From NCBI GenBank assembly GCA_963664305.2, contig CAXXLV010000002.1:1024001-1088000 (forward strand): a stretch of DNA of 64,000 nt. The letters are read 5' to 3'. This DNA is from an uncultured Aliarcobacter sp. (lineage in GTDB: Bacteria; Campylobacterota; Campylobacteria; Campylobacterales; Arcobacteraceae). This document shows positions 9,484-18,903 of the stretch, in pieces. A program made the position numbers and the translations under genes. How positions within the stretch are numbered: the stretch's first letter is position 1; every line of letters starts with the position of its first letter. Under the pieces are notes generated by a model. The model saw only the letters and a program-made list of their open reading frames with translations, was not told the DNA's origin and searched no databases.

Positions 9484-9615
9484 TTATTTTAGATTTTCAT
9501 TATCATTTACTTTTAGAACAACTAATAACTCTATTTGATTTATAATACTCATATCTGAAATAAAAAAATATATTGCTAAAAAAAGAATTACTAGATTTAA
9601 AATTTTCTGCTTCAT
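9484..9615 (-). CDS. Putative 43-aa small membrane protein
   Basis: Manual translation MKQKILNLVILFLAIYFFISDMSIINQIELLVVLKVNDNENLK*; AAAGGT RBS; hydrophobic N-terminus. Confidence 0.4.
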   Translation of the reverse strand: MKQKILNLVILFLAIYFFISDMSIINQIELLVVLKVNDNENLK

Positions 9616-9701
9616 AAATTACCTTTTTAATTGATTTATGAAACTATAAAATAAAAATTGGATTTTTATGTGGTAAAAAAAGGTTTTAAAAATTTACCAA
9701 T

Positions 9702-10535
9702 TTAACTATTTTTAACACCAGTTATAAGTTCTTTGTAGCCTAAATCATCAATAAAATATCTCATTTTATCTCTAATTTTTCTTATCATATCTTGTTTATA
9801 TAAAACATTTTCTTCAACTTCTAAAGCTATAAAAATATCTTTATCTGTTTTTCCTTGAGTTTTTTCATATTTCCAATAATCATAAATATAAAACCAATCA
9901 GCATAAACATGAGCTTTTGGCTTTTTAGGAGTTTTTTTATTGTCACTTTTTTCTAAAGTTTCACCTATTAATTCTAATGGTGTTTTTATGATTGAATTAT
10001 CTTTATCAAAATCATCTTTTATTTTTGAGATATAGGCTATTAGTTCTTCTTTTGGAAGGTTTAAATTTAAATCAAATTTTGGAAATTTTTGACTTGGAAG
10101 AAGTAACATTTCTGGTCTAGAAAATTGATTTACTAATCTAGACCTAAAAGCATTATTATGCGAATTAATTTGTGTATAAATAATTGACATCATATTATTA
10201 CTACTAATAAAATCATTACCAGTTAATTCTCCAGCAAATATAAATTCTTCTTTATTAAAATTGATATTTTTTATTTTTCTTAATTTCTCTCTATAATAAG
10301 TATTAACACTTTTTATGTCAAGTTGATATTTAACAGCTAACAAATTCGATTTTTCTTGCCATTCTTTCTTATCAATATCATTTAAAATTCGTTTTAATAT
10401 TACAAAATTTAGAAGTTCTCTTACTTCTTTAATTCTTATCGCCATCTCGTAAGCAATACAATTAGTAAGTTCATAATCTTGAAACTCTTCAATCTCTTTA
10501 TAAATTAAATCATCCCTTTGTGGCAATCTATCCAT
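9702..10535 (-). CDS. Hypothetical protein (277 aa)
   Basis: Long ORF; ATG overlaps the upstream TGA stop (TGATG). Confidence 0.7.
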   Translation of the reverse strand: MDRLPQRDDLIYKEIEEFQDYELTNCIAYEMAIRIKEVRELLNFVILKRILNDIDKKEWQEKSNLLAVKYQLDIKSVNTYYREKLRKIKNINFNKEEFIFAGELTGNDFISSNNMMSIIYTQINSHNNAFRSRLVNQFSRPEMLLLPSQKFPKFDLNLNLPKEELIAYISKIKDDFDKDNSIIKTPLELIGETLEKSDNKKTPKKPKAHVYADWFYIYDYWKYEKTQGKTDKDIFIALEVEENVLYKQDMIRKIRDKMRYFIDDLGYKELITGVKNS

Positions 10536-11317
10536 CAAAATTCCATTTTCTCCTGACCGATTCTATAAAGCGAAAAATCATACTTTATAGGGTCATTTTT
10601 ATCAAACTCTTTTAGTTTTTCAGTTATTAATAATGCCGATTTTAAATCATAGTTTTTTCTATCTAATAATCCTAGCTTTTGACTTACTTTAAAAGTGTGA
10701 GTATCAAGAGGAAGTATCAAATCTTTTTTATCTATATTTTTCCAAAGTCCCAAATCAAGATTATCATCTCGAACCATCCATCTAAGATACATATTCCACC
10801 TTTTATATGGAGCATTACCTAATTCTTTTATGATTCCTTGTTTATCTCTTTTAAAGGGGCTTGAAACCAAAAAAGTAAAACCTTGAGAATTGTAGTTTGA
10901 TATATTATGAATTTGTGAAATTAGTGCATCAATTCCTTCTAAAATTGAGTTCTCTTTTTTGTAAGCTTCATAAAATAAGTTTTGTAAACTATTTTCTTGT
11001 TTCATTTTTCTAAAAGTTTTAAATATAGCTATAACATCTAAACCATTTTGAAACCTATAATAGTGATTTTTCAACTCTTTCTCTATTTTCTCTTCACTTT
11101 CATTTAAAAGTGAAAAGTCCAAACTATCCAAAAATTTCACTATCAGTTTTGCATTTCCATAAGCAAACAAAGCACATAAAAGTATTATATACTCATCATC
11201 ATATCTTCTTGCAACCAAAAGTGGGTCTGGTTTATCATAATTTATCTCATCATTTTTATTTCTATTTTCTACCTCAAAATCGAGTAATTTTTTTATCTCT
11301 TTATCTTTTTTTGTCAT
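10535..11317 (-). CDS. TIGR02757 family protein
   Basis: ALFAYG, KRWNMYLRWMVR.D..DLGLW, PLDTH, DP.KYDF.L motifs. Confidence 0.88.
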   Translation of the reverse strand: MTKKDKEIKKLLDFEVENRNKNDEINYDKPDPLLVARRYDDEYIILLCALFAYGNAKLIVKFLDSLDFSLLNESEEKIEKELKNHYYRFQNGLDVIAIFKTFRKMKQENSLQNLFYEAYKKENSILEGIDALISQIHNISNYNSQGFTFLVSSPFKRDKQGIIKELGNAPYKRWNMYLRWMVRDDNLDLGLWKNIDKKDLILPLDTHTFKVSQKLGLLDRKNYDLKSALLITEKLKEFDKNDPIKYDFSLYRIGQEKMEF

Positions 11318-11379
11318 TATTTACCTAAATTTTATACAAACTTTTTTGGTTATAATACCATTTCAAAAATTTATACGGA

Positions 11380-12210
11380 TTGAAAATTATGCAAAATATA
11401 TTAATTACTGGATGTTCATCAGGTATTGGACTTGAAACTGCACTTATATTGAAAAAAAATGGTATCAAAGTTTATGCAAGTGCAAGAAAAGATAAAGATG
11501 TTGAAATGTTAAAAGATTTAGGTTTTGAAACTTTTAAAATAGATGTAAGAAATAAAGATGAGATAAAATATGCCCTAGAAACTATTTTAAAAAATGATTT
11601 AAAACTTGACGCTGTTTTTAATAATGCAGGTTTTGGACAACCAGGAGCTGTTGAAGATTTGAGTGTAAAGGTTTTAAAAAAGCAGTTTAATACAAACTTT
11701 TTTGGTCTTCATGAAGTTACTATTCAAGCTATGAAAATATTTAGAGCTCAAGGATATGGAAAGATTATTCAACACAGTTCAGTTCTTGGAATCATCTCTT
11801 TAAAATTTCGTGGAGCTTATAACGCAAGTAAATATGCAATTGAAGGAATAAATGACACATTAAGACAAGAAGTTTTAGGAAGTCAAATATATATAAGTAC
11901 AATAAATACTGGACCAGTTACTTCAAAGTTTAGAGAAAATGCCCTAAAAAAATTCAATAAAAATATCACAGTTGAAGGAAGTTTTTGGGAAGAAACTTAT
12001 AAAAAAGAGTTAAAAGCAAGACTTGAAACAACAGAAGATAAAGCACCTTTTAATCTTCCTGCTTCAAGTGTAGCAAATACTGTTTTAAAAATAATGAATA
12101 CAAAAAAACCAAAACCAAGATATTATGTTACAACAGCAACTCATCTTCTTGGATTTTTCAAAAGAGTTTTAACAACTTCTTTACTTGATAGATTATTAAA
12201 TAAAATCTAA
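11380..12210 (+). CDS. SDR family oxidoreductase (start may be ATG 11389)
   Basis: ITGCSSGIG, NNAG, YNASK. Confidence 0.92.
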   Translation: MKIMQNILITGCSSGIGLETALILKKNGIKVYASARKDKDVEMLKDLGFETFKIDVRNKDEIKYALETILKNDLKLDAVFNNAGFGQPGAVEDLSVKVLKKQFNTNFFGLHEVTIQAMKIFRAQGYGKIIQHSSVLGIISLKFRGAYNASKYAIEGINDTLRQEVLGSQIYISTINTGPVTSKFRENALKKFNKNITVEGSFWEETYKKELKARLETTEDKAPFNLPASSVANTVLKIMNTKKPKPRYYVTTATHLLGFFKRVLTTSLLDRLLNKI

Positions 12211-12848
12211 TTCTTTTTCATTCCTAAAATCAATCTTGCAACAACTTGTCTAATTGCAAGATTTGATGCTTTTATCAAAGCCTCTTTAGAATAAAAAATT
12301 TCACTCTCATTATAAATATAATTATCAGAAAACAAAATATTGTCTTTTTTATCTTGATAAATTATATTATTGTTTTTATCAATTACTTTTAATTCAATAA
12401 TCATTTTTATCTGAACTTTTGAAGAAAAAGTTGCATTTTCTAAACTATATTTTGGAACATATAAATAGATTGTGTAATCACTTCCAAAAGGAGTAAATTT
12501 GTTTTTGAATACTTCATCATTTTTCATTTGGAATTTAAATTCATTTTCAATCATATTTGATAATAAAATATTGTTTTTATAATATGAATCTTGAAGTCTT
12601 AAATCTTCATTGTTTGAAAATTCAGGAGTAAAAAAAGTATTTATTCCAATTCCTACATGACCAGTAAATCCACCAATTCCTAATCCAACAGAAACTGGAC
12701 TTCTATAAGTTTGTGGAACACCTGCAACTATAATTTGATTGTTTAAAGAGATAGAATTTATTTCATTTAGATTTAATTCTTGTTTAGAACTACATGCTGT
12801 AAAAAAAGTCACTATACAAACCAATAAGATTTGATAAATATATTTCAT
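12207..12848 (-). CDS. Hypothetical lipoprotein
   Basis: Signal peptide with FTAC lipobox; Gly-rich VGLGIGG segment. Confidence 0.75.
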   Translation of the reverse strand: MKYIYQILLVCIVTFFTACSSKQELNLNEINSISLNNQIIVAGVPQTYRSPVSVGLGIGGFTGHVGIGINTFFTPEFSNNEDLRLQDSYYKNNILLSNMIENEFKFQMKNDEVFKNKFTPFGSDYTIYLYVPKYSLENATFSSKVQIKMIIELKVIDKNNNIIYQDKKDNILFSDNYIYNESEIFYSKEALIKASNLAIRQVVARLILGMKKN

Positions 12849-12860
12849 AAGAGACTCCTT

Positions 12861-13661
12861 TTAGTTTTGAATAATCTCTTTTTTGTTCGCTAAATTTTGT
12901 AGATAATCACTAATTTGTATCAAACAAAATGTAATTATAAATATCATAAGACCAGGGAAAAAACTAACCCACCAAGCTATATCAATAACAGCTTTTCCAT
13001 CACTTAATAAACTTCCCCAAGACATCAAAGGAGGATTGATTCCAAGTCCTAAAAATGAAAGTCCAGATTCAGCTAAAATTGAACCACCAACTCCAAATGT
13101 AAATGAAATTAGAAATATTGGTGCAAGTAAAGGAGCAAAATATTTAAAAATGATTTTAAAAGTTGAAACATTTGATAATTTCAAGATTTTAATAAATGGT
13201 CTATTACTTATAGCAAAACTCTCACTTCTTATCATTCTTGACATTCCCATCCAACCAGTTATTGAAATAACAATAATCAAAATAACAGACGATGCTTGAA
13301 TATAAGAAACTAAAGCTAAAAGTAAAAAGAATGTTGGGAATGTTAAAAATAAATCAATCATAATTGTAATTGTTCTATCAACATTTCCTTTGAAATAACC
13401 TGCTGTTATCCCAATAAATAATCCAATAATTGAAGATATAGATGCAGCTAAAAATCCAATAACTAAAGATGTTTGTCCACCTTCAAGAACTCTTGCTAAT
13501 ACATCTCGCCCCAATCTATCTGTTCCAAAAAGATGTTCAAAAGATGGTGCTTGTAAAATTTTTAATGGATTTAATTCATATGGTGACACAGTATACAAAA
13601 AAGGCAATAAAAAAATAGCTAAAATAACTGTAATTAAAAGATATAAAGCTATTTTGAACAT
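12861..13661 (-). CDS. Peptide/nickel ABC transporter permease (DppC/OppC-like)
   Basis: HLFGTDRLGRD, ESGLSFLGLG, multiple TM helices. Confidence 0.9.
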   Translation of the reverse strand: MFKIALYLLITVILAIFLLPFLYTVSPYELNPLKILQAPSFEHLFGTDRLGRDVLARVLEGGQTSLVIGFLAASISSIIGLFIGITAGYFKGNVDRTITIMIDLFLTFPTFFLLLALVSYIQASSVILIIVISITGWMGMSRMIRSESFAISNRPFIKILKLSNVSTFKIIFKYFAPLLAPIFLISFTFGVGGSILAESGLSFLGLGINPPLMSWGSLLSDGKAVIDIAWWVSFFPGLMIFIITFCLIQISDYLQNLANKKEIIQN

Positions 13662-13665
13662 TTAA

Positions 13666-14259
13666 TTACTTTGTATAAGTGTAATAAGATAATGAACTTT
13701 TACCAAATTTTCTTGTTTTATCTAAAGAAAATTTACCTAAAACTTCTGGTGCTTTTAAACTTGAAACATGTTCTATTATAATCATAAAAATATTTGTTGC
13801 TTCAATATTTTCAATCATATAAAAAGATTTTTCATATATATCTTCCATTCCTTCTCTATAATCAAAAGGTGGATCAACATATAAAATAACTTCATCTTTT
13901 GAATTTTTTAAAAATTCTAACATCAAAGGAGTTTGAACAAATGTATTCCCTTGAATTGTTTGACATTTTTCTACGTCTACTAATTTACAATTTTTTAATA
14001 AAATTTGATAAGAATTTTTATCAAGTTCTATAAAATATGCTCTTTTAGCACCTCGACTTATTGCTTCAAGACCAATTGAACCACTTCCCGCAAATGATTC
14101 AATAAAAACTTTATCTATAATATCGAACTGTAAAACATTAAATAAAGACTCTTTTAAAACAGATTTTGAACTTCTTGTTACATCTAAAGATGGAAGTTCT
14201 AATACTTTACCTTTGTGAACACCTGCAATTATTTTTGTAGTTGGTCTATCTGTTTTCAT
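13666..14259 (-). CDS. rsmD: 16S rRNA m2G966 methyltransferase RsmD
   Basis: IIAG..KG, KESLFN, FAGSGSIGLEA.SRGA, DPPF. Confidence 0.9.
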   Translation of the reverse strand: MKTDRPTTKIIAGVHKGKVLELPSLDVTRSSKSVLKESLFNVLQFDIIDKVFIESFAGSGSIGLEAISRGAKRAYFIELDKNSYQILLKNCKLVDVEKCQTIQGNTFVQTPLMLEFLKNSKDEVILYVDPPFDYREGMEDIYEKSFYMIENIEATNIFMIIIEHVSSLKAPEVLGKFSLDKTRKFGKSSLSYYTYTK

Positions 14260-14284
14260 CTATTTTTTGCCCTTTTAAATAAGA

Positions 14285-15829
14285 TTATCTTGCGTAACTT
14301 TCTGCTCTTAATTCTCTGATAACGTTAACTTTGATTTCACCAGGATATTGTACCTTTTCTTCTATCTCTTTTGCAATCTCTGTAGCTAATAAAACTGCTT
14401 CATCATCATTTACAAGTTCAGCTTTAACGATAACTCTTACTTCTCTTCCAGCGTTTATTGCATAAGCATTTAAAACACCTAATTTACTTGTTGAAATATT
14501 TTCAACCTCTTCTACTCTTTTTAGGAAGCTTTCTAATACTTCTCTTCTTGCTCCTGGACGTGCAGCACTTAAAGCATCAGCAGCACAAACAGAAGCTGAT
14601 TCAACATTTATTGGCTCTTCATGTCCATGATGAGCATAAATTGCATTAATCACAGTATCACATTCATCATATCTTTTACAGATTTCAGCACCTAAATGTA
14701 CATGAGAACCTGGTGCTTCATGTGTTAAAGCTTTACCAATATCATGTAATAATCCAGCTCGTCTAGCTAAAATTGCATCTCCACCCATTTGAGCTGCTAA
14801 TAATCCAGATAAATGAGCAACTTCCAGTGTATGAGCTAATGCATTTTGACCATAACTTGCTCTATATCTTAATCTTCCAACAAGTTTAACAAGTTCTGGA
14901 TGCATAGATTTTATTCCAAGCTCCATAATTACATCTTCACCCTCTTTTTGAATATTTTTATCAAATTCAGATTTAACTTTTTTGTAAATTTCTTCAATAC
15001 GAGCTGGTTGGATTCTTCCATCTTCAAGAAGTTCTTGGATAGTTTTAGTTGCAACTGCTCTTCTATATAAGTTAAAAGATGAAATAGTAATTGTATTTGG
15101 AGTATCATCAATAATAATATCAACACCTAATAGCATCTCAAGGGCTTTTATATTTCTTCCTTCTTTACCAATAATTTTACCTTTTGTCTCTTCATCACTT
15201 AACGGAATATTATTGATTAATCTCTCAGCTGCAAACTCTCCTGCATATCTAGTAACTGCTTGAGAAAGCATATTATTGATTTCATTTTTTGAATTTTGTT
15301 CAGCAAGTTTGTATTTTTTTCTAAAAATAGATGAAATTTCAGCTCTTGAGTCTTCTTTAATTTTTTTAAGCATCAACTCTTTTGCTTCAATTTGAGTTAG
15401 TCCAGAAGCATTTTCTAAAATTTTTATAGCTTCTAAAGTTTTCTCTTCATAAGTTTTCTTTTGTTGTTCTAAGCCTTCTTTTAAAGTAGTGATTTGTCTA
15501 TTTTTTTCAACAATTTCTTCTTTTTCAAGTTTTATAATCTTAAGTTCAGACTCTAAATGGTCGTTTAACTCTCTCTCTTTTTTCTCAATCTTTGAAAGCA
15601 TGATATCATACTCTCTTCTTGCACTTTTAAACTCTCTATCGCACTCCATTTTAGCTTTTAATTGTGCGTCTTTTAAAGCGACTTCTGCCTCATGTTCAAT
15701 AACTTTTGCTTTTGCCTTTGCTTGTTCTATAAAAATCTGGAATTTTGCCTTATCCAATTTTTTAACAACAAATATACTAATTGCCGAGCTCAGTACTGCG
15801 ACAACTGCTGTAAATATCATAAATTCCAT
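14285..15829 (-). CDS. rny: Ribonuclease Y (start ATG 15829 or TTG 15835)
   Basis: N-terminal TM, coiled coil, KH domain (KGKIIGKEGRNI), HD domain (LLHDIGK). Confidence 0.95.
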   Translation of the reverse strand: MEFMIFTAVVAVLSSAISIFVVKKLDKAKFQIFIEQAKAKAKVIEHEAEVALKDAQLKAKMECDREFKSARREYDIMLSKIEKKERELNDHLESELKIIKLEKEEIVEKNRQITTLKEGLEQQKKTYEEKTLEAIKILENASGLTQIEAKELMLKKIKEDSRAEISSIFRKKYKLAEQNSKNEINNMLSQAVTRYAGEFAAERLINNIPLSDEETKGKIIGKEGRNIKALEMLLGVDIIIDDTPNTITISSFNLYRRAVATKTIQELLEDGRIQPARIEEIYKKVKSEFDKNIQKEGEDVIMELGIKSMHPELVKLVGRLRYRASYGQNALAHTLEVAHLSGLLAAQMGGDAILARRAGLLHDIGKALTHEAPGSHVHLGAEICKRYDECDTVINAIYAHHGHEEPINVESASVCAADALSAARPGARREVLESFLKRVEEVENISTSKLGVLNAYAINAGREVRVIVKAELVNDDEAVLLATEIAKEIEEKVQYPGEIKVNVIRELRAESYAR

Positions 15830-15839
15830 ATTCAAAACC

Positions 15840-16379
15840 TTAATTTGTAATTATATAATCAGCTTGAATATCGTAATTATCAGATAGAATTTCTTTGCTT
15901 TTACAAAGTACTAATTGAGTAAAAATTATTGTAGGCTTGTAATCCAATCTATCAAAAAATCTGTCATACATACCTTTTCCATAACCTATTCTTTTATTTA
16001 AAGAATCTATTCCCACCACTGGAACTACAGCTATATCAATTTTATTAGGCTTTAAAAAAGAGTTATTTGGTTCTAAAATGTTAAATTTTTTCCTATGTAA
16101 AGGTAATCTATATTTAACAATTTTAAAACTATCCTTTTCCATAAATGGAACATAAACATTTATGTTTTTTTTCTTTCTTAAAGTCTTTATCAAAGGTCTA
16201 ACATCTACTTCTATACCCAAAGGTATATACAATAAAATATTTTTTGATTCACTTTCTTTTATAAATTTTTCTAATTTTTTTACAATAATTTTGTTTTTAT
16301 AATACTTCGAAAAAAGGCTAATAAATTCTAATTTCTTTATACACGATTTTCTAAAATCACATTTGTGATTGTTTTTCAT
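15840..16379 (-). CDS. 5-formyltetrahydrofolate cyclo-ligase
   Basis: VVPVVG.D....RIGYGKGMYDR motif. Confidence 0.9.
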   Translation of the reverse strand: MKNNHKCDFRKSCIKKLEFISLFSKYYKNKIIVKKLEKFIKESESKNILLYIPLGIEVDVRPLIKTLRKKKNINVYVPFMEKDSFKIVKYRLPLHRKKFNILEPNNSFLKPNKIDIAVVPVVGIDSLNKRIGYGKGMYDRFFDRLDYKPTIIFTQLVLCKSKEILSDNYDIQADYIITN

Positions 16380-16392
16380 ATTTAAGCCTCAC

Positions 16393-16430
16393 TTGGGTAA
16401 AATTTCTACCCAACAAATAATTTTACCCAA
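16393..16430. promoter_or_regulatory. Perfect 12-bp inverted repeat with an internal alternative pairing partner
   Basis: TTGGGTAAAATT (16393-16404) / AATTTTACCCAA (16419-16430); second TACCCAA at 16407-16413. Confidence 0.6.
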
Positions 16431-16440
16431 AGGACTTAAA

Positions 16441-16998
16441 ATGCAGTTTAAAACTTTAGCATTTTTATCTATTTTATCTATTTTATTTTTCACAGGGTGC
16501 GATTCTAAAGATAAAAATGAAAATAGTGATGGAACAAAGATTGAAAAAAGTGATAGAAGAACAGAGTTTCAACTAAAAACAACTGATAATACAATTGTTG
16601 ATATAAGACTTGAAAATGATAAAGTTATCTTAAAAGACTATCCCAATAAAATAGTTTTATTAGATTTTTTTGCAACTTGGTGTCCTCCTTGTAAAGCTGA
16701 AATTCCAAATTTAGTAAGATTACAAGAAAATTATAAAAATGATTTTGTCGTAATTTCAATTTTACTTGAAGAGATGAAAACAAATGAAGAAATCATAGAT
16801 TTTATGAAAAGTTTTAATATTAACTACACAATTACAAACTCTCCTGATAATTTTGATTTAGCAAAAAGTTTAGGAGGAATAAAATCAATTCCTACAATGT
16901 TCTTAATTGATAGAAATTCTAAAATATTCCAAAAATATGTAGGTTTAGTTCCAAGTGAAATGATGGAAATAGATATTAAAAAAGTATTAGAAAAATAA
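16441..16998 (+). CDS. TlpA-family thiol-disulfide oxidoreductase lipoprotein
   Basis: AAGGA RBS before ATG 16441; FTGC lipobox; WCPPC active site. Confidence 0.9.
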   Translation: MQFKTLAFLSILSILFFTGCDSKDKNENSDGTKIEKSDRRTEFQLKTTDNTIVDIRLENDKVILKDYPNKIVLLDFFATWCPPCKAEIPNLVRLQENYKNDFVVISILLEEMKTNEEIIDFMKSFNINYTITNSPDNFDLAKSLGGIKSIPTMFLIDRNSKIFQKYVGLVPSEMMEIDIKKVLEK

Positions 16999-17006
16999 GG
17001 GTAACA

Positions 17007-18065
17007 ATGTTTAGTTTTTTTAAAAAGAAAAAAGAAGAAAATATTGAACAAAAAGAAGTTCAAGAAGAAATCAATCCTTTAGAAGACTCGATTTTAGACG
17101 ATGAAGCCTATGCAAATCCGATTGAGATAAAAGAAAAAGAAATTGCTTTATTAGAAGAACAAAAAGTAATAAAAGAGGAAGAGAAAAAAGGTTTCTTTTC
17201 AAGAGCATTAGAAAAAACTTTTGCAAGTATAAAAAATGTAGTTCCTCAAAAACAAGAAAAAATCTCTTTTGATGATATTGAAGAACTTTTAATTGAAGCT
17301 GACGTTGAATATGAAATTATAGAAAAAGCAATGAATGGTCTTCCTGAGGAGATTACAAGAAAACAGTTACGTCATAGACTTGTAATGCTTTTTGAACACG
17401 CACCAAAAGTTGATTTATCAAATTTGCCAAAACCTTATGTAAGACTTATTATTGGGGTAAATGGAGCAGGAAAAACAACAACTATTGCAAAACTTGCAAA
17501 TAAGTCTAAAAAAGAAGGTAAATCTGTAATTTTAGGAGCTGGTGATACTTTTAGAGCAGCTGCAATTGAACAACTTTCAACTTGGGCAAATAAACTTGAT
17601 GTTCCAATAATTAAAACAAAACAAGGTCATGATTCAAGTGCAGTTGCATTTGATACAATAAGTGCTGCAATTGCTAGAAATATTGATAATGTTATTATTG
17701 ATACAGCAGGTAGACTTCAAACACAAACAAACTTAAATAATGAATTAAAGAAAATTGTAAAAGTTTGTTCTAAAGCGATGCCTGATGCACCACATCAAAA
17801 ACTTATGATATTAGATGGAACACAAGGTAATGCAGCAATTGCTCAAGCAAAAGCTTTCCATGAAATGATTGGAATTGATGGTATTATTGTAACAAAACTT
17901 GATGGAACAGCAAAAGGTGGGGCTTTATTTTCTATTTCTAATCAATTAGAACTTCCAATTTTTTATGTTGGAATTGGGGAAAAACAAGATGATTTAGTTG
18001 AATTTTCACCTGATGAATTTGTTGATAGCTTACTTGATGAAATTTATACGCCTGAAGAAAAATAA
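17007..18065 (+). CDS. ftsY: SRP receptor FtsY
   Basis: GVNGAGKTTT, DTFRAAA, DTAGR, TKLDGTAKGG. Confidence 0.97.
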   Translation: MFSFFKKKKEENIEQKEVQEEINPLEDSILDDEAYANPIEIKEKEIALLEEQKVIKEEEKKGFFSRALEKTFASIKNVVPQKQEKISFDDIEELLIEADVEYEIIEKAMNGLPEEITRKQLRHRLVMLFEHAPKVDLSNLPKPYVRLIIGVNGAGKTTTIAKLANKSKKEGKSVILGAGDTFRAAAIEQLSTWANKLDVPIIKTKQGHDSSAVAFDTISAAIARNIDNVIIDTAGRLQTQTNLNNELKKIVKVCSKAMPDAPHQKLMILDGTQGNAAIAQAKAFHEMIGIDGIIVTKLDGTAKGGALFSISNQLELPIFYVGIGEKQDDLVEFSPDEFVDSLLDEIYTPEEK

Positions 18066-18079
18066 ATAAGGAAGATACA

Positions 18080-18853
18080 TTGAGAACAAAAACTAAATCA
18101 TTTTTTGAAGATATATTTATACTTTTAATACTTGGAGTTATTATTTATGTAGCATTTAGTCTTATTTTTGGAGAAAATGAAAATGAGTTTTCTGAAAATA
18201 ATACTTCAATAGAAAAAAATATTGAAAATACAAATTTTGCTAAACAAGTAGATGATATAAAAGAAGAAATAGGAAAAAAACTTGAAGAGACTATTGCAAG
18301 TACACAAAATGAACCTGTTGCAATAATTGAACAAACTACAACAAATGAAGATTTAAATAAATCTGAAATAGTTGAAGATAGAGTTGAAAAAAAACCTGAA
18401 CAAGAAGTTATAAAAATAGTTGAAAATCAAGTAGAACCTGAAGTTAATAATAAATCTATTTCAACTGAAGTAGTAAAAAAAGAGACTGCAGAAAAAATTG
18501 AAACTAAACCTGTAGTTGGTGAAATAATAGAAAAACCTATTGAAAAAACTGAGAAAGTTGAAAAAATAGAACAAATTGATGATGAAAAAGCTAAAGTAGA
18601 AGTTTTTTATCAAACAATAAGAGAAAAAATCAATTCTAATATAAATAAATCATCATTTAAAAGTGGAGAATATGTAAATATTAGACTAACTATTTTAAAA
18701 GATGGTAGATATGAGCAATTAACTTTTATGGATGGTAATAAAGAGTATTTTGAATCAATCAAACCATCAATTTATAAATCTTTTCCAGTTGAAATAAATA
18801 GCTCGTTAAAAAACAATTTTCCTAGATATTTTAGAATGAAAATTGAATTCTAA
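18080..18853 (+). CDS. Membrane-anchored protein with TonB/TolA C-terminal-like domain
   Basis: N-terminal TM, long E/K-rich linker, small C-terminal alpha/beta domain. Confidence 0.6.
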   Translation: MRTKTKSFFEDIFILLILGVIIYVAFSLIFGENENEFSENNTSIEKNIENTNFAKQVDDIKEEIGKKLEETIASTQNEPVAIIEQTTTNEDLNKSEIVEDRVEKKPEQEVIKIVENQVEPEVNNKSISTEVVKKETAEKIETKPVVGEIIEKPIEKTEKVEKIEQIDDEKAKVEVFYQTIREKINSNINKSSFKSGEYVNIRLTILKDGRYEQLTFMDGNKEYFESIKPSIYKSFPVEINSSLKNNFPRYFRMKIEF

Positions 18854-18859
18854 TCCTTT

Positions 18860-18889
18860 TTAGTAAACCTTTTTGGTTTACTAATTTTT
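18860..18889. terminator. Bidirectional intrinsic terminator
   Basis: TTAGTAAACC-TTTTT-GGTTTACTAA between convergent genes. Confidence 0.7.
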
Positions 18890-18903
18890 CTTATCTTAGC
18901 TTT

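Noticed and set aside
16369..16440. N-terminal extension of TlpA in the ORF track
   Set aside because: RBS and lipoprotein signal fit ATG 16441; the extension overlaps the divergent gene.
16380..16440. 6S RNA, often found upstream of the cyclo-ligase gene
   Set aside because: The spacer is only 61 bp, too short for a 6S RNA.
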